This document shows, one piece after another, positions 33,246 to 42,976 of a stretch of DNA of 64,000 nt (its first letter is position 1; every line of letters begins with the position of its first letter). The stretch covers positions 18,226-82,225 of the forward strand of contig CALVUJ010000021.1 of NCBI GenBank assembly GCA_944363575.1, given 5' to 3'. Under the pieces are notes generated by a model. It was not told where the DNA came from. It did no database searches and saw only the letters and a list, made by a program, of their open reading frames with translations. The translations under genes and the position numbers were made by a program. This stretch comes from an uncultured Bacilli bacterium (GTDB lineage Bacteria > Bacillota_I > Bacilli_A > RFN20 > DUOF01).

Positions 33246-34286
33246 ATGGTGATTTTAATGAAAAGAATTATTGAAATTAATTCTAAAAATTTATTATTTA
33301 ATTACGATTATTATTCTAAAAACACATGTAAGCCAATAATTGCTATTATCAAGGATAACGCATATGGTCATGGTGTAAAACAAGTTATAGAAGTTTTAGA
33401 AAAAACTAATGTAAAGATGTTTGCAGTAGCAACTATAGAAGAAGCAATAGAAGCTAGTAATTATACAAAGAAGGATATTTTAATTTTGGACAAAGTTACA
33501 GATTTTGATAAGGTTACAAAACAAATGATATTAACCATAACTAGTAAAGAACACTTGCAAGAAATTATTGATAGTGAGTATGATTTAAGGGTTCACATAA
33601 AAATTAATACAGGAATGAATAGAAAAGGGATTTTGCCTGCAGAATTTAATGACTGTAGAAATGTTATTGAAAATAATGCACATCTTATTTTAGAAGGAAT
33701 TTATACCCATTACGCATCTAATAAAAAAAGTAATTTAGAGAAACAGTTTAATTGCTTTAAAACTACACTTTCTAATATTGATCGTAAAAAATATTTAATT
33801 CATGCTTCTAGCAGTGTTTCTGCCTTAATTTTAAGGGAAAATTTTACTAATGCTTGCCGAATTGGCATTGGTTTATATGGATTAAATCACAAGTATGAGA
33901 TAATGAAATCATTGAGACCTGTTTTAAGTTTATATTCATACATTGACAAGTGTTCATACGTGAAGAAAAATAGTAAAGTGGGATATGATTATTTGTTTAA
34001 AACCCCTGCGAATGGATATTTAGTGCTATCTCCAATAGGATATGGCTTAGGCTATTTAATTAAAAGAAGATATCTTGCTTTTTATAAAGGAGAATATCTA
34101 AAACAAATGTGTAGAGTATCAATGGATTGTTGTATTTATTTTTCAAATAAACCTATTCCGATTGGTGAAAGAATCGAACTATTTGGCGAACATATTCTCG
34201 TTGATAATATTGCTAAAATGAATAGATGTAGCCCTTATGAAATAGTGACATTATTAAATAAAAATATAAAAAGAGTAATAATTTAA
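33246..34286 (+). CDS. alr: Alanine racemase
   Basis: AIIKDNAYGHG PLP-lysine motif, HIKINTGMNRKG, EGIYTHYA, RVSMD. Confidence 0.9.
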   Translation: MVILMKRIIEINSKNLLFNYDYYSKNTCKPIIAIIKDNAYGHGVKQVIEVLEKTNVKMFAVATIEEAIEASNYTKKDILILDKVTDFDKVTKQMILTITSKEHLQEIIDSEYDLRVHIKINTGMNRKGILPAEFNDCRNVIENNAHLILEGIYTHYASNKKSNLEKQFNCFKTTLSNIDRKKYLIHASSSVSALILRENFTNACRIGIGLYGLNHKYEIMKSLRPVLSLYSYIDKCSYVKKNSKVGYDYLFKTPANGYLVLSPIGYGLGYLIKRRYLAFYKGEYLKQMCRVSMDCCIYFSNKPIPIGERIELFGEHILVDNIAKMNRCSPYEIVTLLNKNIKRVII

Positions 34287-34304
34287 TTTAAGCAAATAAT
34301 ATAT

Positions 34305-34733
34305 TTGGTGATATTTGTGCATGTTTTTAATAAAATTTGGCATTTTTTAGTTAACTGTGGATTGGCACTTTTTTCATTAACTATAATGTTAGTGGGAGCT
34401 ATATCTTTGTTTTCTTTAACTAACAGAGGAACTGTATATTATGGTAATAGATGTATATCATCAATTGATGATAAAGCTTTGAAATATTTAAATCAAGATG
34501 AGATAATCGCTTATGACTATGAATTACAATGCAATACTTTATATTTAGATTTGGTGGTAGATGATGAGATAACTAAAGATGAATCTATTTCTCTTTTAGT
34601 TAGGATAGCTAATTATTATAATTCTATCGAGTATAATACGAAAGCACAAGTAACTTTAAAAAATAGCAGTTACCTAATCTTAGCTAGTTTAATAGGTGAT
34701 GGCACTGTTTCTTTAAGTGTTAGTGAAATATAA
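34305..34733 (+). CDS. Hypothetical membrane-anchored protein
   Basis: 142 aa with an N-terminal TM helix. Confidence 0.6.
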   Translation: MVIFVHVFNKIWHFLVNCGLALFSLTIMLVGAISLFSLTNRGTVYYGNRCISSIDDKALKYLNQDEIIAYDYELQCNTLYLDLVVDDEITKDESISLLVRIANYYNSIEYNTKAQVTLKNSSYLILASLIGDGTVSLSVSEI

Positions 34734-34770
34734 AAAAAAGCCTAGTTTTTACTAGACTTCATATACATAT

Positions 34771-34846
34771 TGGTGACCCGTACAAGACTCGAACTTGTGA
34801 CCCATTGATTAAGAGTCAATTGCTCTACCAACTGAGCTAACGGGCC
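34771..34846 (-). tRNA. tRNA-Lys (CTT)
   Basis: Cloverleaf; anticodon arm ATTGA-CTCTTAA-TCAAT; T-loop TTCGAGT; encoded CCA. Confidence 0.97.
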
Positions 34847-35062
34847 AACTGCTTTTTTATGATATGACATTTTTAAATAAATATCAATATCTTTTTACAA
34901 TTTTTAATAAATTTAACACTATATATTAAACCTCTTATACATTTCTATATTAATTTAGAATACTTTTATATTATAAATTTTTATGCATAAAAGTTTTTTT
35001 TCGACAATCTTTTACCTCTTATTATAATTTAATAGATATTATATGTAGAGAGGGGAAAAGAA

Positions 35063-35383
35063 ATGGAAGAAACGGTTGTTGCGGTAGATAAAAAGAAATT
35101 ATATAAATTAATTAATGTGAAAAAATATGATAAGGCTAGAAGTTACTTATATGATGAACAAAATAATATTTATCAAATGGCTATTGAAAGGTTAAATCCT
35201 TATATTGAACATGGTATTGTTTATGAAGAAGAAATAGATACTTTTATTCAAATAATTGAAAAAAATATTATTTATAATATGCTTAAAGATAAGAAAAATA
35301 TTGGGGTAAATGCTTTGTATTTAAATGAGATTATTGAAAAGAAGAAAAAGTTAGAGGAAATGAAAAAGGTTAAGCGTTGTTAA
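35063..35383 (+). CDS. Hypothetical protein
   Basis: 106-aa ORF with purine-rich RBS and a downstream hairpin. Confidence 0.6.
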   Translation: MEETVVAVDKKKLYKLINVKKYDKARSYLYDEQNNIYQMAIERLNPYIEHGIVYEEEIDTFIQIIEKNIIYNMLKDKKNIGVNALYLNEIIEKKKKLEEMKKVKRC

Positions 35384-35473
35384 TGCTTAACTTTTTTATT
35401 TAGGTATTCGTGCATTTTTTACACTTTATCTTTTTTTATTAATATTATGTAGTGAATAAAAAGGGGTGAAATA

Positions 35474-35890
35474 ATGGATAGTAAAATACTAGAAATAAAT
35501 AATTTATCTAAAAGTTTTTTTACTCTTGATGGTGAAATTGAAGTTTTAAAAGATATAGATATGAGTTTAAATGAAGGAGAGAAAATAGCTATCGTAGGTC
35601 CTAGTGGCTGTGGTAAATCGACTATTTTAAATTTGATAAGTGGGTTGATTAGTCCTAGTAAAGGTAATTTTGTTTTAAATGGTGATGTTGGGTACATGTT
35701 TCAAAAAGATAATTTACTAGAGTGGAGAACAATTTATAAAAATATTACAATAGGTTTAGAGATAAAGAAAAAACTTGATAAAGAACAAAAAGAAAAAATT
35801 GATGAGTTATTAAAGAAATATGATTTATATGAATTTAAAAATAGTTACCCATCAGAATTATCTGGTGGTATGAGGCAAAGAGTTGCTTGA
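35474..35890 (+). pseudogene. 5' part of NitT/TauT-type ABC ATPase, interrupted by the island
   Basis: Walker A GPSGCGKS, Q-loop MFQKD, ends at signature ELSGGMRQRVA* at the attL junction. Confidence 0.95.
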
Positions 35891-35938
35891 ATATGCTTAA
35901 GACACTTAAGCAAATAGCGATAAAAGTTGCTTTATAAT
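35882..35938 (+). repeat. 57-bp att-arm motif, copy 1 (attL)
   Basis: GTTGCTTGAATATGCTTAAGACACTTAAGCAAATAGCGATAAAAGTTGCTTTATAAT; 50/57 identical to copy 3. Confidence 0.9.
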
Positions 35939-35954
35939 AAATAATATTAGTAGA

Positions 35955-35996
35955 AAGAAAAATAACTAGAGTTTCAAATTTCTAGTCTTTTTTTAA
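35955..35996. terminator. Hairpin/terminator downstream of the first cargo module
   Basis: ACTAGAGTTT-C-AAATTTCTAGT imperfect hairpin flanked by A and T runs. Confidence 0.5.
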
Positions 35997-36009
35997 TTTT
36001 ATTAATTAT

Positions 36010-36603
36010 TTAATTGAAATTAACTTTTTTCCCTTTTTTATACACTTCTTCTCCAATAAGGAATTTTTTATTATCTAAATCAATATTTAATCTCTTAACT
36101 TCAATATAATGCTTCTTTTCTCCTTTTCTTCCTCTATCAACTCTAATTAAATATTTTTGATATTCTTTTTCTGCTAAAAAATATAAGTTGGAAAATGACT
36201 TTATTTGCTCTGAATCTGCTATTGGCTCAATTCCTGTAAAAATGAAAGAACAAAAATCAAAAACCTTTTCCATTGCATTTCTTTTTGTGGTCTTAGATAT
36301 CTCATATACTACATATGGTTCAGGATACATTTCTTTTAGAGATTGTAGAATGTTTTCATATTTTTTACCGTTTCCTTCTTTTCTTAAGACTAATTCGGTT
36401 AATTCTAATTCAATTATTTAATAAGTAATCAATAGATACATTAAATAGTTTAGATATTTCCCTTAAATTCTCCGCATCTGGCAATCCTGAATCATTCTCC
36501 CATTTAGTTATTGCTTGTCTTGATACATTAATACTATTTTGCTAATTCTTCTTGCGAAAGATCAAATTCCTTTCTAATCTTTCTTATTTTTTTCAAGTTT
36601 CAT
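36010..36603 (-). pseudogene. XRE family HTH regulator pseudogene; the 106-aa ORF 36010-36330 is its C-terminal fragment
   Basis: Fragments MKLE / KIRKIRKEFDLSQEELA / INVSRQAITKWENDSGLPDAENLREISKLFNVSIDYLL / ELELTELVLRK...MYPEPY, joined by about 3 frameshifts. Confidence 0.85.
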
Positions 36604-36707
36604 AACCTTTCACCTCTTTGGCTATATTAAATCATTATTTCTATCTCCTTATCAGCAACTTTACTTTACATTTATGCTACTTATCGTGGCATTTTTAAAT
36701 ATTCTAA

Positions 36708-37435
36708 TTATTCTTTTATTTTCCAATATCCAGTTTTATCAGAACCAACTCTTTCTACAACATTCTCCATTTTTAATTTTCTTAAAACTTTATAGATTGT
36801 AGATTCTGTTCTATTAAGAATACTCGCAAGTTCAGAAGTTGTAATATTAGAATTACTTCTTATTAGAGATATTATCTTTTGTTCAGTAAGATTAAATTTT
36901 ACACCTGAATTTACAATGTTAACAAATAAAGTATCATCAGAAATAGAAAGTCCCTTATCTTTGAATAACATCATTAAATATTCAAATGATAGTTTCTTTT
37001 TATTTGTTTTAATATCTATTAATTTGATATTAGCATCTAATAATTTGGTATGTAACTTTTCTATTTGTTCTTCACTCATACTTCTACAAGTAGAGCCTAT
37101 ACGAATATAACAACCGTTAGAGCTTCTTCCGTATTTTTTAATATAGTAAAGAGCATTTCCTTTTTTCACATTAACATAGATGATTTGTTTGTTTTCAATG
37201 TACTTAGTACCTATTTCAATTAATTCTTGAGGATTAGGCAAAATAGCAGTAGTTATAATATCAGATATCTTCTTTAATGATTCATCTATATTGTCTATAC
37301 CTGTTATAGTTCCATCATCTTCTACCCTATATAAATAGTTCCATCAAAACTATTTAAAAATGCTACGATTTCTTTTTCTAAAGTATCGTTTATTTTCCTT
37401 TTTAATTCGATTGATTCACTTTCACTAAATTTCAT
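36708..37435 (-). pseudogene. AlbA/Schlafen-like DNA-binding protein with a C-terminal wHTH, frameshifted
   Basis: MKFSESESIELKRKINDTLEKEIVAFLNSFDGTIYIG, then a frameshift near 37329 into VEDDGTITGID...ILPNPQE; C-terminal HTH ending VERVGSDKTGYWKI; the usual central domain appears to be missing. Confidence 0.85.
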
Positions 37436-37593
37436 TAAATCATCTCATTGTTACACAATTAGTTTACCATATTTAATAAAATATTAAGCAAAATAATTAA
37501 GCAACTTTAATAATCTATGAAAATTAATTTTATACTATTACGTTTATTTTTAGCTTTTAGACTGCTAATGTAAAATTATAGTTGAAACAATTT

Positions 37594-37650
37594 GTCGGTT
37601 GGATGCCTTTATGGTACCAAGTTAAATGGTGTTGAATATTGCTTTATAAC
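37594..37650 (+). repeat. 57-bp att-arm motif, copy 2 (diverged)
   Basis: GTCGGTTGGATGCCTTTATGGTACCAAGTTAAATGGTGTTGAATATTGCTTTATAAC; ungapped 37/57 to copy 3 and 35/57 to copy 1. Confidence 0.75.
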
Positions 37651-37657
37651 AATAACA

Positions 37658-39361
37658 TTAATGCCTAGCTCCAGGTTTAAAACCTGGGTTTTGTATAGAA
37701 CTACTAGCACCCACTGATGTAATTGTAGAATTTACCGTAAAGGTTGATAATTTTGTTGATCCTCCATAAAGGTTGTAAGTTGTCCCAACTTCTAATTCAG
37801 CGCAAGAAAAGATAATTGATTGTGCTGATTTAGTTAATGTATAAGATAATATTTCATTGTCATCAGAATCCGTTAGCGTAATTATTGTTCCTGCACTAAT
37901 TAAATTTTTGTGGGCAAAGGAAACAACATTTTGATTTGAATTTGAAGCAGGAGTTTCTACCATCCCTAGTGCACCAGAAGCAAACACAGTTCAACCATTA
38001 ACAATAATATTACCATCAGCATCTAAAGCAGCATCTGCACCATTTGTGCTGCCAGAAACAAAAAGAGTGCCACCACTTATCAAAATACTTCCATTACTAT
38101 CAACGCCATCTCCATTTGCATTAACACTAATTGTTGCTCCACTTATTATAATATGACAGTTATTATTAGCTACATTTATTTGAGTTTTTGATCCATCAGC
38201 TGCATTAATACCGTCATCAACTGCTTTTACATTAATTTCTCCACCACTTATTTCTACCTTAGCACTTTCAATACCTTCGTATGAATTATTAATTGTTATA
38301 TTCCCTGCTAATATTTTTAATAATGTTTCTGAATGGATTCCATCATCTCCACTAGTTATATCATAAGTTCCGCCATTAATTACTAGTTCACCATTACTAT
38401 GAATAGCATCATCATTAGCATTAATGGCTGTATTTCCTCCTTCTATATATACTAAATAATCACCACTTATTTCTTTATCTTCACTTCCCCAATCAATTGT
38501 ACCTGCTTTTATACCTTTACCTTCACCATTATCTGAAGATGTTTCTGTAATATTTGTTGGAGCACCTCCGTTAGTTAAAATATTTAAAGTTGATTCTTTA
38601 ATGTATACAAACGTATCTCCCTGTATTCCATCATTTAAGCTATTAATAGTAATATTAGCATTCTCTAAATAAACATAACCACCTGCTTCATAAGAAAAAC
38701 TAGGAACTGTTTCTAAATCATCATAAGCACCTATTTCTGCATGTATTCCATCTTTATTAGCTTCAATATCTAATGTAGCCCCCTTAACTATAACACGATT
38801 TGCTGAAATACCATTTTTAGTTGAACTTATAGTTAGTGAGCCAGGTCCATTAATTATTAAATCGCCTTCACAATCAATAGCGTTAGAACCACTTTCATTA
38901 CTATTTGAAATAGTATTATCACCAATTAAAGTTAATGTGAAAGAAACACTACTTTCAATTACTTTTTTCTCATTTGATAAATTTGCATTATTTAAATACA
39001 ATGTTACTCCTTGACTACTAACTGTTATCTTTTTATTTGTAATAGTAGTACTAACATAATAATTACCTGGACTAGTAATTTCATATTTATCTGTAATTTG
39101 AGTTGCATCACTAGGAACTTGACTCAATGATTCACCTGTTTCTAATACATTATTTAAGGCTTCATTAACACTATTATCTGAGCTTTCTACAGGAGTATCC
39201 GTGGCTACTTTTCCTCCACCTAAGCTATCCCCGGGATTAATAAAAATATCGTCATCATTATTTTTATTAAGACTACACCCACTTAAAATACACATCATAA
39301 ATGCTGCTAAAATTATTCTTTTTTTCATAAAGTTTCTCCTATTCTTTTTTATTTTACTCAC
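37658..39361 (-). pseudogene. Lipoprotein with carbohydrate-binding beta-helix domain (Cthe_2159/DUF4353-like), split by one in-frame TGA
   Basis: Lipobox ILSGC; DGI/DAIHS repeats; ORFs 37991-39361 and 37658-37987 are in one frame: GNIIVNG*TVFASGA. Confidence 0.85.
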
Positions 39362-39673
39362 TTTTTCTTAAAAAAAACTTAAAATATATAGATGAAATAA
39401 TTAATTTTTAAAGCAGATTCTCTAATTTTGTTATTAGGTCAATTAAGATGAAGTTTAAAAATTTTATATTCAAAATATAAATGTGTAACAAAAAAATAAA
39501 AAATGTTTCACATTTTAAATAAAAAGCCTGTAATAATTATATGAAATGAATCATTTTAGATTGTTTCGCGTAAAAAGGTCTATATTTCTTTAGATATAGT
39601 TAACTGATTTTTATATTACCTGCATACACCATTTAAAGTTTTCCCATAAACAAGTATAGTACTATTCTAACTT

Positions 39674-39730
39674 GTTGGTTGAATGTGCTTAAGACACTCG
39701 AGCAAACAGCGATAAAAATTGCTTTATAAC
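39674..39730 (+). repeat. 57-bp att-arm motif, copy 3
   Basis: GTTGGTTGAATGTGCTTAAGACACTCGAGCAAACAGCGATAAAAATTGCTTTATAAC; 12 nt from the stop codon of 39743-40579. Confidence 0.9.
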
Positions 39731-39742
39731 ATTTTTATATTA

Positions 39743-40579
39743 TTATAAAGGACGCAAAACTAGTATTTTTAGCGATATTGTTATTTCTTTAATATTTAAT
39801 TTACTTGTTTCAAAATTATGTGTAAGAGGAGTCATTTTTACTATGTCATTAGACAATTCTTTATTGATAGGCATTGTATATTCTAATTTTTTAGTTTCTA
39901 AAATCGTATTATTTTTTTTCAGATTATCTTCAACTAACTTTTCATTATCATACTCTTTGTGTCCTAATTCCCGTCTTATTTCTTTGAGATAATTTGCTGT
40001 AGGCAATACTTTAATTATAATTCCATTTTCTTTTAAAATTCTTTTGCATTCCTTTTTTGATCCAGGAGATAAAAAATCTAATATAACATCAATTGAATTA
40101 TCAACCAATGGAATGTTTTCTACATCAGCAACCAAAGATATAATATCATTATATACATAATCCGAAGATAACTCTATTGCATCTTTTGCTAAATCTATTG
40201 CGCATTTGAATTCTAAACTTAGTTTTTCACATATCTTATTTAAATGAGAACTTTCCCCACTTCCAATATCTAATATTGATGTAGGAATAGAAATATATTT
40301 TCTTATTAAATCAATAATTTCTACATGAATAGAATTATATATTCCGTTGTTTATAACACTTCTTCTAGACACAAACAATTCTTTTGTGTATATTGTCGAA
40401 TTTGGCAAGGAACTTAAGGATGTTAAGCAAAGATAACCTTTTTTATTTATATCAAAGCAGTGGTTATTTTCACAAGTAAAACTAGTATCAACAATTTTTA
40501 AATTTTTCTTACAATGAGGGCATATAAAATTGTCAGAATATTTTTTTAACAACTCAATAATTAGCTCTTTTTTTGACAT
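39743..40579 (-). CDS. RlmA-like 23S rRNA (guanine-N1) methyltransferase
   Basis: Zn finger CPHC...CENNHCFDINKKGY and SAM motif ILDIGSGE. Confidence 0.8.
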   Translation of the reverse strand: MSKKELIIELLKKYSDNFICPHCKKNLKIVDTSFTCENNHCFDINKKGYLCLTSLSSLPNSTIYTKELFVSRRSVINNGIYNSIHVEIIDLIRKYISIPTSILDIGSGESSHLNKICEKLSLEFKCAIDLAKDAIELSSDYVYNDIISLVADVENIPLVDNSIDVILDFLSPGSKKECKRILKENGIIIKVLPTANYLKEIRRELGHKEYDNEKLVEDNLKKNNTILETKKLEYTMPINKELSNDIVKMTPLTHNFETSKLNIKEITISLKILVLRPL

Positions 40580-41030
40580 AGTATCACCCTTTCACAAATA
40601 TATTACACTTAAAAAGTTTTTCATAAATATAGATTTTAGTTCAAATTTACAGGCACAAATTTTAATTTATGATTATCTTACCATTATTTCTCAAAGATAA
40701 ATAATCATCTCCTTGTAATTTATTTAAAATTATACCAAGGATGTTATCATAAACAACATTTATCAATCAATAAAAGATGTGCCTCTTTTTCTAGAACATA
40801 AGGGTATAAATGATTCCGATATACAACCTATGATAGCTTTCAATTCTCCGTTTCTTTCTAAAGCAAATAATTCGTTTTTTTTATTTTCCTATTACCTTCA
40901 GATTAAACCTGTACATTTTTTGCACAAGCTGAGTTTCCATCTAATTGAAAATCATTATCTATAAACATTACTACTTCATATTTACCCCTGCTTTTACTAT
41001 CTATCTCATTAGTATCTACACAAGATTTTT

Positions 41031-42623
41031 CTAAAAATTCCATTTAATTTCAATATTTCTAGAATTTGTTAAAACATCCATTTTTCCTATATAAATCTTA
41101 TCTATAAACTCATCTACAATTATTTTATTTAATTTATTTAAAGAAATATATTTTTCAAAAAGAAGATTCGTCTTTTCTATTGAATAATCTTTCATCTCGT
41201 AAATCTCAATTTTTCTATTTATATTTTTTATTTCTTTAGTTAAATGATTTGATTTATCTAAGTATGAATGAGTTAAATCTTTAAATTGATCAATAGATAT
41301 AAAACCATTTATCCTATCTTCATACAGTATTTTTAAACTATTTTTATTTCTTGCTATTTGTTTTTGTAATTCTTCTTTAGTTTTCTTTAAAGCATTTATT
41401 TTGCTTTTAAAATTATTTGATTTATCTTGAAGGCTATATTTTTCTAATTCTTTTAAATCATAATAATCATTTATCTTTTTATTTATTTCATCTAAAATAA
41501 TACTTTCTAAAACATCATATCTAATACTTTTTTTATTTACACAATCACTATATCCATCCAAATTACTAGAACATACTAGATACTCATGCCTTGCACTATT
41601 TTTCTTTCTTAAATATTTCCCACACTCTTTACAATAAACTTTGCCAGAAAACAAATGCACAACCCCTAAATTTGTTTTAGCTTTAGTTCTTCTTTTCATC
41701 TCAAGTTGTACAGCCTTAAAAGTATCCAGATCAATTATTGCTTCGTGAGTATTTTCTTTTCTAATCCACAAACTTTTATCTTTCTTTTTAACCTTATGAT
41801 TTTTATAACTAACTGTTGTTCTTTTTCCTTGTATTAAATGCCCTAAATATAATTCGTTTGTTAAAATTGTTTTTATCGCATTAGTAGTCCATTTAATACT
41901 CTCTCTATCCCGATTGCTTGTAACGTTAAGTTTGAGGCCTTTTTGATATTTATAAAGAGAAGGACATGGTATTTTCCTATCATTTAAATTTTTTGCCACT
42001 CCCGTTAAACCATATCCTTTTAAATATAACAAATAAATATCTTTTACAACTTCACTAGCAACTGGATCTATGACCAGTTTGTTATTGTTTTCTTTACTTA
42101 CTTCATAGCCATAACTTGCAAATGGAGATATATATTCCCCTTCTCTCATTTTAGCAATAAAAGCACTACGAATATTTTTTGACACATCTTCTAAATACCA
42201 TTCATTTACTAATCCATTTATTTGCCTAGCTTTTTTGTTTCCACTTACACTAGTGTCCGCATTATCTACTATCCCAATAAACCTAATTCCCCACTCAACA
42301 AATTTATTATGCAAGTATCTTTCAATTACTTCCATATCTCTTGAAAACCTTGATTGACTCTTACACATAACAATATCAATCTTTCCTTTTTCACAATCTT
42401 TAATTAACCTTTCAAACTCTGGCCTATATGTTCCTGCTCCTGATAAGTTTTCATCACAATACTCATCAACTAAAATATAGTTAGGATTTTTATTTACTTC
42501 ACTTATTAACATGAGTCTTTGATTTTTAATAGACTCGCTATCATCGCATTTATTCATTTTATCTTCATCTTCATCAGATAATCTAAGATATATACCCACT
42601 CTATAAAACTCTTTTTCACTCAT
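41031..42623 (-). CDS. Large serine recombinase (resolvase + recombinase + zinc-ribbon/coiled-coil)
   Basis: YLRLS catalytic Ser, SIKNQ, KSQSRFSR, YGYE, NELYLG, HEAIID, SGKVYCKECG. Confidence 0.96.
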   Translation of the reverse strand: MSEKEFYRVGIYLRLSDEDEDKMNKCDDSESIKNQRLMLISEVNKNPNYILVDEYCDENLSGAGTYRPEFERLIKDCEKGKIDIVMCKSQSRFSRDMEVIERYLHNKFVEWGIRFIGIVDNADTSVSGNKKARQINGLVNEWYLEDVSKNIRSAFIAKMREGEYISPFASYGYEVSKENNNKLVIDPVASEVVKDIYLLYLKGYGLTGVAKNLNDRKIPCPSLYKYQKGLKLNVTSNRDRESIKWTTNAIKTILTNELYLGHLIQGKRTTVSYKNHKVKKKDKSLWIRKENTHEAIIDLDTFKAVQLEMKRRTKAKTNLGVVHLFSGKVYCKECGKYLRKKNSARHEYLVCSSNLDGYSDCVNKKSIRYDVLESIILDEINKKINDYYDLKELEKYSLQDKSNNFKSKINALKKTKEELQKQIARNKNSLKILYEDRINGFISIDQFKDLTHSYLDKSNHLTKEIKNINRKIEIYEMKDYSIEKTNLLFEKYISLNKLNKIIVDEFIDKIYIGKMDVLTNSRNIEIKWNF

Positions 42624-42652
42624 AACTATTATAACCTATAAGCACTAAGTTC

Positions 42653-42784
42653 TTATAATTCATCTTCTAGTTCCCTTTCTAAAAAACAAATTATTTTATA
42701 TAGTTTTTTATTTATTATTTCTTTTAAATTATTTAATGATAAATTTTTAGTGTAAGAGTGAATCACATTGTACTTTATACCCAT
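42653..42784 (-). CDS. 43-aa ORF directly upstream of the recombinase
   Basis: GAGGATG RBS then MGIKYNVIHSYTKNLSLNNLKENNNKKLYKIICFLERELEDEL; below the ORF-track size cutoff. Confidence 0.5.
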   Translation of the reverse strand: MGIKYNVIHSYTKNLSLNNLKEIINKKLYKIICFLERELEDEL

Positions 42785-42976
42785 AAAAATCATCCTCATT
42801 AGATTATATTAAAAATTTTTTACTTCGTTACTTTTTGCACAAAAAAGCAAGAGCATACTCATCTAAGTATTATAACTAACTAAAATATTATCAACGTTTA
42901 CTAGGTGTTATTCCCTTATCAATTGTTTTAATATTTACTTCTTTAATTATTTCTTTAACAGCTTGTTTTGGTAAAA

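Noticed and set aside
34771-34846. tRNA-Lys as the island integration site
   Set aside because: No duplicated tRNA 3' end was found; the junctions map inside the ABC ATPase gene about 1 kb away.
37991-37993. Alternative genetic code (TGA = Trp or Gly) for this genome
   Set aside because: Long conserved genes translate fully under the standard code, use TGG for Trp, and several end in TGA.
35882-39730. 57-bp repeats as a CRISPR array or classical integron attC sites
   Set aside because: Spacing is 1.7-2.1 kb and there are no cas genes. The motif runs GTT...AAC rather than RYYYAAC...GTTRRRY, is not a full-length hairpin, and no tyrosine integrase is present.
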